From assembly GCF_964355755.1 (NCBI RefSeq), contig NC_092671.1, positions 5,084,001 to 5,148,000 of the forward strand: DNA of 64,000 nucleotides, written 5' to 3'. The notes under the pieces are model-generated. The model was not told where the DNA came from. It searched no databases and worked only from the letters and a program-made list of their open reading frames with translations. This DNA comes from Antedon mediterranea (lineage: Eukaryota; Animalia; Echinodermata). This document shows, piece after piece, positions 50,025 through 63,300 of the stretch. The position numbers and the translations under genes were made by a program. How positions within the stretch are numbered: position 1 is the first letter of the stretch; every line of letters begins with the position of its first letter.

Positions 50025-50538
50025 TTTTCTGAAATTCAGAATAGAAAGTATATAAGTTGTATTTATATTCTCTTTTTTCATTGTAGTGTAGCTAGTTTAA
50101 TACAAACATTCAAAATCCAACAGAAATAATTATTTGACAGTAGGCCATTTGTATAGCTAACTACTGTATAATAATATGCAAATTAGTATGCAAATTGCGC
50201 ATGGAGATAATTTAGCCTAGTCTTGGCCTAGGCTAATTTTACATTTAATATTTTATTGGTTGGAAAGCAAATATGAATACAAAAATGTGACAATGAAATG
50301 ACACAATCAAAAACAAATTTGAAATAATTAATTTTTTCAGAGGAACAATATATCTTTAAAACTGTTACGTCAACAAGCGAGCGGCGTTTTTTGTAAGAAA
50401 TATTTCTTTATTCCAAGATTCACCACCATATTTTGGTTGTTGCATGCATGAGCGCATAATATGGCATTCAAACCAACTTTTTTTATCTATAGAGGGCGTT
50501 TTTTTAAAAAGACTAAACAACAAAAACACGACGGCAAA

Positions 50539-53500
50539 ATGGAATCGTTTGGTTATTCAAAAATCAAATCATTAAAAAATGTTTTGTTAATTATGTTTTT
50601 CTTGCATGAAATATGTATTAGTTCTGCAGAAAGAAATTTAAGACAGGTGCATGTTGTAAGTATTGTGTCTAATTTTATAAATATGTCGGCTCTCTTATAT
50701 CTCTGGGGCCTAGGCCCCTAGCCAAATAAAAAATAAAAAGGGTACTGGAACACGATCGGATGAGCCTGCAATCTGACGGCATAGCTGACTTCAGCCTCAG
50801 GTTTGACGGGTATAGGCCTAGGCTTAACAATTTTATTTATTATTCAGTTTTAGTTGACCAATTAGTATGTTCTATTATTTAGGCCTATTTCTTAGTATAT
50901 TTAAATGTAGGCCTAGCCTAATTATTGCTTAAAAATGGAATGTCAAAAATGAAGAATTTTAATATAGTTTAGGCCTAGCTAGGCTAGTACGTAGTAGGAA
51001 GCCTAGAAAAATATAGGACTAGACCCTTTACTCCCTAGCTAAGCTAGCCACTTTCATATAAAGTAATTCATTTGAATAACAATTTTAGCATTTTCACCAT
51101 GTATAATGCATGGCCATGTGGTTTAATTGTGGCAAAACAATGGTGAGTTAATAAAGCCGGTCTAACTCTACAGTACCTAGGGCCTAGTCCTACTCCTAGT
51201 CAAGATAATTTTGAGTAAAAATATAACAAAAGAAATGTTAAAAAGTCATGGAAATGGAATAGAATCCACAACCCCCAGCTCCTTAATTATGCTCTTGTAC
51301 TATATGAGCCACTGTGTATACGACCCCCGATAGGTGCGTCTTTACATTATAAATGATTATTGATGCAGGGGTGCGTCAAAAAACCTTGATGGTACACCAC
51401 ATCAATGAATAATGTGTGACAACCCAGGGCCCAGGCATCATCATGATGACAGCAACAGTTTAAGCTTACACACATTCATCATTAAGTACATATTTCTTTT
51501 CACATTTGAAGCTACTTTCTGTATTCCAGCCTGCATGCCGCTAGTTTTAAAAATAATTTTTATTTGTTTTTTAAAGTTATATCGCCATGGAAATAGGTCT
51601 CCAATGAACAGTTATCCTAAAGATCCGTACAATGAAACAGTTTGGCCACAAGGATTTGGAATGCTAACACAGGTACAGTAAAGATTCGCAGTGTCCATGG
51701 TAGTAGTGGCACAGTAGCTGGGCATAGTAACATGCTTACATAACAATGTTCATATCCTACCTCAAGGATTTTTATTTGCTATGATGATAAGTGGAGGCAA
51801 TCTGTTTAAACTTACTGTACAATACATTCCGATTTATTACTTCAGAACATAAAGCTCTGTCAAACTACTGTAGTTTGTCAAAGAAAGTGTGATTTGCCCA
51901 AATATTATAATTATTTGCCCAAATATGGTAGTGATAAGACATCATCATGTCCATATATGGGCACATTACATTTTTTTCACCTAAAAGTTTGATAGTGTAG
52001 ACAGAACTTTAGATAATCATTCTTTCTATCTAAAAATTGTGAAAAACTATTTAAATTAATACTTGAATTTTTTGTCCATTATCAATTGGTATTGTCTGGA
52101 ATATATGCAGAATTTTACATTCAAAACATGCTTAGTAACTGGTGTATCCATTTCCACTATGTAATTATAAATTTTATTTATGCAGAATTTTGCCCCTCAT
52201 CATATTGTTTTTCATATTTATATATCTAGTATAGTTGTAAAATATTAATACTATAATTAAAATTAATTCATAATCTTAGCAAGGAATGAATCAGCAGTAT
52301 GAGCTTGGGCAGTGGTTACGGAAGCGGTACATAGAAGATGTCAAATTCTTGCAGCCATCATACGTTGCGAAGGATATCGTAATACACAGCACATACACTC
52401 ATCGTACTGTTATGTCGGCACAAAGTAACCTGGCTGGAATGTTTCCTCCGAGTGGTCGTCAAATTTGGGACAAAAACCTATTATGGCAACCGATTGGTAT
52501 CTTCACATGGCCTAGAGATGAAGACCCTGTAGGTGTATAATTTTGTAGAACCTAAAACCCTATTAAGGAGATACTGTACCATCAATCTGGACCCAGTATA
52601 AGTGTGCCCTCAATAGAAGTGTCCTCTGAGTAGGGGTTGGCCCTACAGTATTGTTTTGTTTATTAAACATTCTCCTGACATTATATTGAACAGGCTTAAA
52701 AACAACATAAAGTAAAATATTGAATGTTTAGAAGGAAGCCTAAATAAGTTTTAAACTTTATGCCTAGGCTCCCAGAAATAAACGAAATAACAATATAGTT
52801 AGACAGTGAAAGATATTGTTAAAACATGTTGCCCTTTCTTGCTCATTTCATGAGGCAACATTCTATTTTCACAGGTGTTAAAATCACGTATACCTTGCCT
52901 GAAACGAAATATTTTGATTGAAGAAAAAACCAAGCCTCTGTTTGATCAGTTTAATAAAAAATACAAGGTAACAAATAAATAATGGCATAATACAGTACTG
53001 TATGTCTAGTTTTCCAGAAAGCCTGATATTCCAAATCTCATTATAATTTGAGTAAAAGAAAAAATGTTTGATATTGTAAAACTCGTAAATGGATGATGCC
53101 CTAAAATATATCACTGTTGTTTTTACAAGCAGTTCCATGTAAAAAAAATGTATTTTGTTTTTAAAGCAATTTCAATTTTTAGATAAAATACATTTTACAA
53201 AAATCATTCTTGTGTAAAAAGAGACACTCCTTATAGTTTTTTTAATGTATACAGAATATGATGGAAACAAGCACGAATGTGCAATACTCGGGGTACAGCG
53301 AAAGAAGCTGTAATGACGTAAAGACCGGATGTAACGTAACATACACATCAATAACCGCGCTACCAAATACGGCTATACGGTACCATCTTCGAGACGTGAT
53401 ATGGCTGCATCCGGTATGAAATTAAAAAATCCGGCTCTATAGCTTTGAGGACATGTCCCTGTAGTATATTCATGCTAAATCCGAGCTCAATACTACAACG

Positions 53501-56500
53501 AAAGGGAGCAGTATTTACCGATTACACAAAATAAATATTTAAAAAAATAATAAAAATAAGATATACTGTGTATAATTATCATATTGCGTAAAGGACGCCT
53601 TGAAACTTTCATCCGTCGGGCTGGTAAAATGATTGGTCTGGAACTGCCTTCCTTTACCGATGTGCACCTAGAACACCTCCAGAAAGATTTCGAACGCATT
53701 GAGTCGGATGCCTCTCATCCTCTCCACAAAGTAATCATAGACCAACTTAATCCAAGTGGTAGATTGAGGCTCCTCAGTGTGAAAACAAATCGATTTGCTA
53801 AATCCTTTATTCCCTCCGGTATCATCTAGTACAACAGGAAGTCAAGAAGATAATTTTATCTTGTAATTTTTTAGATGTTTTTATAAGAATGGTTTTATGC
53901 TATATTTGTTTTTATTGTGTGTTCTTTGTTATTATGATGAGCAATGAATTTCCTTTTTGAGGATCAATAAAAGTTATCTTATCTTATCTTATCTTATACA
54001 CTACTTTTCACCATAAAGTTAAAAAAAAAAGGTTTCGCCCGGGCTCGAACCAGGTACCTTCTGCGTGTTTTTAAGTAAACGTGATAACCACTACGCCAAC
54101 AAGCCGCATATAACTACATAGCGCTGTGGTGTGTGTCACACATTGTGGCTTCCTAATTAAACAAATTAATTAACAAAAAAGCACGAATGTGCAATACTCG
54201 GGGTACAGAGAAAGAAGCTGTATACAGACGTATACAGTTAAAGTTAAAGAAAAATAGGTTTCGCCAGGGCTCTAACCGGGACCTTCTGCGTGTTAAGCAG
54301 ACTTGACAATCACTACACTACGAAACCCACTTACACTAAAAATGTGGGTTACAGAAAGTTTTTTAATCCATTTAAATTACAAATAAATATGGTAATAAGC
54401 ACAAAGAAAAATAAACATGTGTAAAAGTGATAATTACCGATTACACAAAATAAGTATTTAAAAAAATAATAAAAATAAGATATACTGTGTATAATTATCA
54501 TATTGCGTATACAGTACTTTTCACCATAAAGTTAAAAAAAAAAGGTTTCGTCCGGGCTCGAACCAGGTACCTTCTGCGTGTTAAGCAAACGTGATAACCC
54601 CTACGCCAAGAAGCCGCATATAACCATATAACTACATAACGCTGTGGTGTGTGTCACACATTGTGGCTTCTTAATTAAACAAATTAATTAACAAAAAATT
54701 AAAAATCCGGCTCTATAGCTTTGAGGACATGTCCCTGTAGTATATTCATGCCAAATCCCAGCTCAATACTACAACTAATAATGGAGGAATAGTACTTTAA
54801 AAATCGCACTTTTTACTCAATAGTGTCCAGATGGAGGAGGAGAAAATGAGTAAGTCCTAGACTCGGGTACCCCAAGTAAAAATTGATTCGTATACTCAAA
54901 TTATAATAAGATATGGAAATTTGGTTTCTCTTATGTTCTAATAAAGGATGGGGTACGTTCTCGTTTTGTATTGTCTTTTCCACATCCCCCACCCATAAAA
55001 GGCTGCCAAAGGTGGCTCTTATGCGACTGTGTTTTAATAGTAAAAAGAATTTGTGAACTTTTTTGACCTAAAAAAGTCTTGGTTTTGGGAGAGTTTTCGG
55101 TTTTGAGAGAATCCGGTATAGAGAGTTGACTGTAGTTTTCTAGAATGAAAACTTTATTTTTTGTGTGAAAAAAAATTAAATTATTTATGTATATATCATC
55201 GTTCATTATCATCCAACAGTAGTATAAACAGGTCTTTTTACTCTTGAATTAGATTAGATCATATCAATTTTTTAAAATATACAAGCAATAAGGTGCATTT
55301 TTTCTTTTTACAGAAAATAATTGATTATATTTCTCAACATAGTGGTGTTAAAGGACAAATACATTCACTTGGGCAAGTTGCAGATGCGTTATATTTTGAG
55401 GTTTGTAACATTTACCATATTGACGCAGGTATAAGACATGGTTTTTGCTTAGGTCAGTTTTCACAATTACTTAAGTAAATTTTTTTTTTCTTAAATCTTA
55501 AAGGACGAATTAATTCTACTATAAGATTAAAAGAACTGGTTTGATGGAATAAAACCTTAATTTACTTAAAACTCAGGTACAGGCATGAATTTTAAATATA
55601 ATATTTGGTTAGTTGTACATAAATCAAATATTTGCAACAGAAATCAAGACGAAAAAACATGAACTTCCCTTAATATGGTCAAATACAAAATTTGGCAAAA
55701 TTCTTCCATAATAACCAGGAAGACTTTTTTCAGTAGTTAGGTAGTTAATCTAATGTAATAACATGTCTTCCCTAGAAGATGGAAAAATATGGTGGATATA
55801 CGGTGGATAATTTTTGCTATAGCATGAAAATTAAAATCTGAAGTTGAATAAAAATACCAGAAATGTTAAATTCAAGTTATATTACCTATATTTAGTCATC
55901 TGATAACATTTTTGACTGCACCGTTTATTTTTCATAGCTTTGTAAAATTTGTGTACAAAAGAATATAGATTTTACTCTGTAATTTGAAGTATCCCCCCAT
56001 TGATAAGAAAGTGCTTATTTTCAACAAGCTTGTGTAACACAAATAAAATCCCAAAAATTATGAAACATAGAGGGAAACTATAGATCGATAATTATTGGAA
56101 TGTATGATCAATAGAAATGTTTTGCCTGCACCTGGCCTTTAAGCAAACAGATTTGATAAATGCTAGCACTGGTCTCCTGGAAATAGTGTTAATCTCTTAT
56201 TGTTGATTTAACTATTTATAGAAAGCAGCACATTTAACATTACCAGATTGGGCACTAAAGAAGGTTGATGGCTGGGATGGTACTTATTATCAGTGGACGA
56301 TACTTCTTAAAAATTACCAGTATGAAGCTGGGCATCAAAATTTGAGCTCTGAGGTGAAGAAGCTCCTATCAGGTAAATCTAGTTTCATAGGTCTTGAAAA
56401 AATAACTGGTTAATATTTTTACCACATATGATTAGGGACCTATTCACCAGTGTAGAATTTAGGCAATCTAAAGCTCTGTCTACACTATCAAACTGACAAA

Positions 56501-58780
56501 AAAAAGTGTGATGCACCCAAATATGGTACAGTAGTGATATGACATCATCAGGTCCATATATGGACACATCACATTTTTTTGTCACATAAAGATTGATAGT
56601 GTAGATAGTCTTTTTTCAACAATATGTTGTGGTCTATGGATCATGAACCTGACATAAAGTGGAAATGATTAAATCTTTAATTGGTGTGCTAAATGAAATA
56701 ACTTCTTTCTTTTATTCACTAAGGTACCCTAGTGGCTGCAATAGCTGCTAATTTTAGTGCTGTTGGAATGGGGCAGCCATCTCCTAAATTCTTTATGTAT
56801 TCTGCAGTAAGTATTTAAAATGTTATTTTTTACTCATTTCTCCATGTCTAAACAGTTTGAGTGATAGGTTTGTCTAAATCTAGTTACTTTCTGGTTGCGG
56901 TTGTTTGAGGCGTCCAGTTCAGATATCCGGTTCAAGCATCTTATACCCATGATTTAATAGTGTACATATTTGTTTTAATTTAATGTATTGAAATAAAATT
57001 AATAGTGGATGGGGTGTGAATATGCTTACACCTTCTCCCATCACACCCCTTGCCCTCATGGCTACTTCATGTTTCATAGAGATATAACCTGTGATGTATT
57101 GTACAAAACGTCAGTCATTCTAAAGTAATCATACAGAGTAGCACCCTTACTTTGACCAAGGTAATCTAAATGTATGACACAATGGCAAGATAGAAATTTG
57201 TAACACTCCTTTGATCTTATGTCTGGCTGCAACAAATACCAACAGTACTGTACTATGTACATATTCTCCGTGACACGCAGTGTCTGTTAAGGGCCGTGGA
57301 ACTGATCGTGTCGCAGCCACAGATAAACCCTTTGATCTCTTGAGCTCAGCATCATGTTGTTGGATTGCCTTTCTTTGAGAGACTAACTAAAGCTTGGTTT
57401 TACTAATTGAACAATCACAAGCTATAGATAATTAGAAATGTTGCTTGTCATTGGTCAACTTGCTTTCATTGAGCTTTACATGCTTGCATTGTGCAAGCTT
57501 ATAATAAGCCTGTAAAATAGCAAACTGCTTTGATCTGAAAACCCATTTTAATGAAGATATGTTTAGATGACAACCACTCTTTGTATACTGACTTTCAATT
57601 TGTGTTGTTAAATAGATTATATATTGATTGATTATCATTGTTTTTTTTTAGCATGATACCAATGTAGCTGGGTTTCTTTCCAGTATAAGTATGTTTAATA
57701 ACATTCTACCTCCACCAGCCTCTTGTGTTATAGTAGAACTTTATGAAGATGTAGGCAAAAAGTAAGTTTTGTTTTGGTAGATTATATATATAATAATTTT
57801 ATTTTTTTGGGTACTCATAGATTTAAACCTCATTTCGTAGTATTTTATTTATGATAAAGTCCTGTGATATCACATTTGCTACAGCAAAGTCAAAATGATA
57901 AAAATCGGAAAGAGGTAGAGATTAGATATCAGTAGTATCAGTGGCTGGATCTCATTGGAGATTTCATGTTTTTTTGTGAGAATGTAAAGCTTATATAAAA
58001 TCTTTTTTTTTTTTTGCAGTTTGTTAACTGTAGAATTATTATATAGAAATGATACATCGAAACCACCGTACAAACTCAGGATAGGACCTGATGGAGACAA
58101 ATGTGCAGAACAGTGTCCTATTAACCAATTCTTAGAATATGCCAAGTCAGTCACCCCAAATGACTTTCAAAAGGAATGCAATCAACATGTCCATTTAACT
58201 ATGCCCGTTGAATGGAACACAGGTAAGACGATTTGAGCATGTAGTCTGCAAAGATGTTTTAAAACTAGGGTTCTCCAAAGGGGAGAGTACCCGTCAGGGT
58301 CCCACCCTGGGTTACAGGCAGCGTAATTATCTATACAATATAAATATTTTAATAAATAACATAGTTCTTATTCTCAATGGTATATAAATTTAAAATAAAA
58401 TGTATAGCATAAATGTAGATCTTGAGTACATCAGCAATGAAATCAACTGATACATAAGTATCCGTCGGCCATGTGTCTTCAGAAGAAGACAGCTACAAGA
58501 ACAGTAACAGTATAAAATCTTGCATGATATTATAATTTTATGACAATTATATCAAGCGATTGCTACCATCTACATCATTCACATCATAGGTTGGTTGATC
58601 TTTGCGGTCGTCTTCTTGATGTTCATCTGCCTAGCGTTTACTATGTGCGTGCTAACGATAATAATGTCCTGTAACGGTACGGTCTACTACAAGCCGCGGA
58701 GTCGAATGCAACCGATCGATTTCCATCTGCTAGGGACCGGTATGAGCGAGTCGGAAGATGAGGCTGTATTTGACGCATAG
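50539..58780 (+). CDS. Histidine acid phosphatase (lysosomal ACP2/prostatic ACP3-like), copy 2, apparently intact
   Basis: Exons 50539-50655, 51577-51672, 52280-52528, 52875-52967, 55314-55400, 56222-56372, 56724-56806, 57652-57761, 58020-58222, 58590-58780; exons 1-9 have the same lengths as copy 1; [17 protein letters not shown] segment plus acidic tail ...[11 protein letters not shown]. Confidence 0.92.
53591..53995 (+). mobile_element. 5'-truncated LINE (CR1/L2/Rex1-like) 3' fragment
   Basis: ORF2 C-terminal-like ...SHPLH...PSGRLR...[11 protein letters not shown], then AATAAA and an (ATCTT)n tail; empty site catattgcgta|tacagtac at ~54500. Confidence 0.8.
54030..54105 (-). pseudogene. 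Degenerate tRNA-Val-like sequence (anticodon arm disrupted by a 3-nt insertion)
   Basis: Minus strand ...GCGTAGTGGTTATCACG...CACGCAGAAGGTACCTGGTTCGAGCCCGGGCGAAACC. Confidence 0.65.
54256..54327 (-). tRNA. tRNA-Val(AAC)-like, probably a pseudogene
   Basis: GGTTTCGTAGTGTAGTGATTGTCAAGTCTGCTTAACACGCAGAAGGTCCCGGTTAGAGCCCTGGCGAAACC: perfect acceptor stem and TCTGC/GCAGA anticodon stem with AAC, but T-loop TTAGA and an altered D loop. Confidence 0.6.
54543..54615 (-). tRNA. tRNA-Val(AAC)-like, degenerate acceptor stem
   Basis: GGCTTCTTGGCGTAGGGGTTATCACGTTTGCTTAACACGCAGAAGGTACCTGGTTCGAGCCCGGACGAAACC; A/B boxes intact, two acceptor-stem mismatches. Confidence 0.55.
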
Positions 58781-61075
58781 CATTGTTTTTATATATATAT
58801 ATAATAGAATATTTAAATTAAATTTAAACTTCGAAATAATATACAAAAATGAAAATATCCAAATGTAGTTGATGTGCTGTTTTATGATCTGCTTAATTTG
58901 GGATTTGAACCCGATATTTGTATACAATGTTTGGTGCTCTACCAATTAACCATACAGTACATGTATTATGATTTTCTATGTTTAATTAGGATTTGAACCC
59001 AGTATGTGTAATGTTTGGTGCACAACTAATTAACCAGGCATGTATTAATGTCATAAGTGGCACAAACCTTTTTATTAACTAGTACTGTATTAACCTTATT
59101 GTATTAACCATTCATTGACTTTACTTTTTGAAATTTTATTTAGTATTCAAACTATTGTATTTGTAGCACTGCATAATATAGGGCACTTGATCAATTAACC
59201 ATATTAATGTTTTTAAAATATTGGTCTAAAATGTATTTTAGACTTTAATTGCCATGTTATGCTCTTCCAGTAATTTTATAAGCAGGGTAAGTTTATGTTA
59301 TTGTACAAAAAAATTTTTACCGCCGTACTGTAAATGATATTAATAAGCGTAGTGCTAAGCTTTTTTTGCCATGTTGATGAGTGAATTTGTGGTACATCAC
59401 TATAAATGAAATAAAATATGTGTGAAATATATTTACACTGTCAATTAGAAACACAATTTAAATTATATTCAATTTGAACATTTTAATTTTCTAAAATACT
59501 AAAATTATAAATTAACAATTGAGGTGTAGCATTTAAAAAAAAGTTTAAATAAGCCACTAAACCCTCCATTTTAAAAGCATTGTAGCAACCAATAATACCA
59601 ATACATTTGTTGTAAATGTTTGCAATACTATTAGGAAAGAATTTTAGCAGTAATTTTTAAATGATGGTACAGTTGACAACTTATGGAATAGGTATCATAA
59701 ATTGTAAAAATATAAAACAGATAATTTTTTTGTTTGTGTTTTTGACATGCAGGAGAACGATGTGTAAATTCTAAATGTTCGAACAGGGCCAATTATGTTT
59801 CATTACAGTACAGTACTCAAGTCTTTCCAAAGAATATTCATCATTCCTCCTATGTTAATATTTCACTTCATATTTTTAGTTTTGTACTGTGGAATATATT
59901 GAGGTAGTTTGCTGAATAGTAGTAATAGACCATGTCTAGCTTGAGTGCTTCCATCTTGTGTGTGATAGTGCTAGTGCAATTAGCCAAGTCTATTGCACTG
60001 TGGACTATATAACTGTAGGTTGTATAGACATTGTTGCCTTGTGTCCATTCCCTTTCCCTCGTGTTACTTCATTTCTGATTGAAAGTATTATTAAGTATTA
60101 AAATTATACGAAGCTAAATCTACACTATCAAACTAGTTTGACAAAAAAACTGTGATGTGCCCAAATATGGTAGTGATAAGATTTTGTCATGTCCATATAT
60201 GGGCCCTCACATTATTTTGTCACATAAAGTTTGATGGTGTAAGCAAATTACACTGCGCCTTTTTTTTTCTGTAGTGGTAAATCCTTAAAGGGCTTTAATG
60301 CCATGTCTAGATGCTTGTTTTTTTTTTCTGATTCTAATTCATTTTCTGCCAACAATTGGACAACCTTAACAGGTTTATTTAAGAACCATATTGGTATCAA
60401 TAATAAAACCAGTAAGATTTTGATATAATTTAATACAGTAGATTATATTATTATTTGAGAAAAATAAAAGATATTCTTTTTGGTGTAGAATTTTTAGATA
60501 TAAAGTGCAATAAATATTTAACTTTTTAATATTTAATACTATGAAGTAGTTTTTGGTAACTGCTTAAACACATTTAAGCATGTTTTTAGGACATATATTG
60601 TAATTGTTATTCAAGGTTTTATGAACTTTTATTTTTAAAATATACATTTCACCATAAATATTTAAAAATCAATGTTCTATTTTAATCCACCAGATTTTTA
60701 ATTTGTGTTTTATTCACTTTCATTTAATGTTTTCCAAAGTTTTGTGATTTTTTAAAAATCAAACTGTAATGTAACCAATAGTATACAGATTTAAACATTT
60801 CTTAATTTCAATATTGTTTTGTCAATTGCAACTTTGTGTTTAACTTTCATATTATCTTGTAATGTTCTTAATAAAAAAGATGATATGCATAATTTGTCTT
60901 CATATATATTTATTAGTGTCGTATTTATGTTCCTCTTCTAAAAAAATTAACAAAATTCTTTAAAAAAAATTCTTCCACTCAACCTTCACAGAGCACTTTC
61001 ATGTTTTACTCACTTGTCATGATTTATAAAATTGTTGTTTTATTTCAATTTTTTCGCATCAATAATCAATGTTCA

Positions 61076-62326
61076 TCATCCCACGTTTGTATCAACAATC
61101 GCAAACATTTTATGCGTTGGTATTTCGTGATCTTTCTTTGTGTACATCCTTACAGTTTCGTTAATCTGTTTGAGACGAAGGTCATTCGTAAGTAATCGTA
61201 TAAACGAAGGGTTCGTAAGAGGCGCAGTTATATAAAGCGCCTCATCTGGTATCACAGATATCAGAGCCAAAATTAAAACCTGCGCTACTGCTGTGTTGAG
61301 AGCATACAAAGGTCCAATACGATGACATTTTGTTTCTTGTAGAGGCCGTACTACACCGTACCCCATAATTTTATCATCTGAAATTAAATTAAATAAATTA
61401 TTAAAGAATAAAGTAACATTTTTAAAATAGAATTTGTAAATTTAAAAAATTTAAAATGCATGTATACATTTTTTGCTTAGGTCAATACTGTATATTTAGT
61501 TATCAAGCTTGTTCTTGTCATTTAAAATTAAATTTTTTTAAATCGGCTTAGTTATTTTGAAAAAAGACAGTTTATCCATCCTGTAATTGGCGGGTTTGTG
61601 CTTGCTATTGTATGTGTATGAAGGGTTTTTAGGATGGGAAATTCAAAGGGAGATGTTAGTATGCTTACTTTCTGTCACTAGTAAGCTAGTTCCTTTCTTT
61701 TCAGTTTTAGTCCAGCTCATGATGAATCGCCGTCTGTCTACACCAAAGATCTCTGTGTCATATTCCACAACTCTTCCCAAAGGTCCTTCGGGAATAGAAT
61801 GTATAGAAGGATTTTGACCCAGCTCCGGGAAAAATGGTGTCTTTTCCGTTTTAAAGCAGCCATTATGCCATGCTGTGATAAACCCTAATTTCTGAAATGT
61901 TTCTACTTCATCTGATTTAACTTCTATGCCAAGCCATCGGTCTTTCAAATGTTTTAACGCAACATTTAACAATCCTTGTTCGTATCCTTGTTCCTTCTTT
62001 TCCTCATCCACATGACGAAATCCTATATAACCGAAGGAATCACTATATCGGATCCCTCCTATTGTGCCAATAACTTCTCCAGAATCTGTCAGTGACATAT
62101 AGTAACCTGATGGATCCAATTTATGAAACATCTTTAAATCTGTAGTTTTTGCTCTACAACCCTCAAGAACTAAGCTGTTGGCCAGTATGCCAGATTCTCC
62201 TTCATGGATGTTCCTTATTTTTATTGACTGTGCTGCTTCTGATAATGTGCACATTCTATGGCATTGAGAACAATCGTTCCAAACCATTTTAAGAAGTTTT
62301 CTTGATGTTTGTCTAAAGAAAGACAT
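61076..62326 (-). CDS. GNAT-family N-acetyltransferase with YitH/HolE-like C-terminal domain; 2 coding exons
   Basis: Exon 62326-61669 (MSFFRQTSRKLLK..., LDPSGYY, VIGTIGGIRYSDSFGYIGF, YDTEIFGVDRRRFI), GT-AG intron 61668-61378 (phase 1), exon 61377-61076 (IMGYGVVRP, RIGPLYA, RMYTK). Confidence 0.82.
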
Positions 62327-62599
62327 TTTTCTGAAATTCAACATGAAGCAAGTTGTATTTATATTCTCTTTTTTATTGTGGAGAAGCAAGTTAAATACAT
62401 TCAACAGAAATAATTATCTGTACAGTAGGCCAAGCTAAAGTGTATAATAATAAATATGCAAATTAATATGCAAATTACCCATCAGATCAGGTGGAGTATT
62501 TTTAGCATAGTTTAGATAATATTTAACATTATTAATCAAACATTTTATTGGAAAGCAAATAATTAATACAAAAATAACAAGAAGTAACATTCAAAGCAA

Positions 62600-63300
62600 G
62601 ATGTTGTTTGAGTCAAATAGTTTCCTGGTGTAGCTAGGCCTAAAGGTTCCATCACGTTTACGGGTCGTTATGCACATTCTCTGGCGAACAATACATCGTC
62701 ATATAGGCCTAGCTGGAGTTTTAGACGTCCGGCCTAAAAAGCCTAATAAAGGACCTTTAGAGAATGTGACGGAATATTGTGATGTATATGTTAGGACAAA
62801 TGTATAAATAAATTCATATTTAATAAACAACTATATTACTGTTATTAAATACAAAACTTACAACGCGGTTTGATTTTCTATCTTTTTTTGCAACACAACA
62901 CACAATCAAAACATAGAAACTTATCTAGTACTTCCTAATTTATTAAAAGCTGATCGTGCCAGACCGTAACTACTTTTAGTTCTACTTGCAATAAATTCTC
63001 GGGGGACAAACCGGAAAAACAAATCTACTGAACGTAAACAAAAAACAATTCAGTTTTCATTCACATTAAAAACCGGTGTTTCTTTAATAATTTATTCCAA
63101 TAATGTGCTGTATGTGTTAGCATCAGTTTTCATTTAGATAAAGTTGATTTGGTATGTATACTACAGGCTAAATAATTAAGAAATACATACTTTTGTCTAG
63201 GTAGGCCACAGAAAAGATAACAAATTCGAAGCGGAGGCAGCACCTAGAACCGCTCCACTTCCTGTTTAAAACACACTGATGTCATGATAGGCCTGGTTCA
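62600..63300. promoter_or_regulatory. Probable bidirectional promoter between the GNAT (-) and NKIRAS (+) genes
   Basis: Head-to-head ATGs ~1.2 kb apart; locally more CpG; ETS-like ccggaa (63011) and cacttcctgt (63256). Confidence 0.4.

Noticed and set aside
61070-61081. Tandem TGA TGA at the GNAT end as selenocysteine/readthrough
   Set aside because: No redox motif, no SECIS recognised, and downstream sequence diverges between paralogs.
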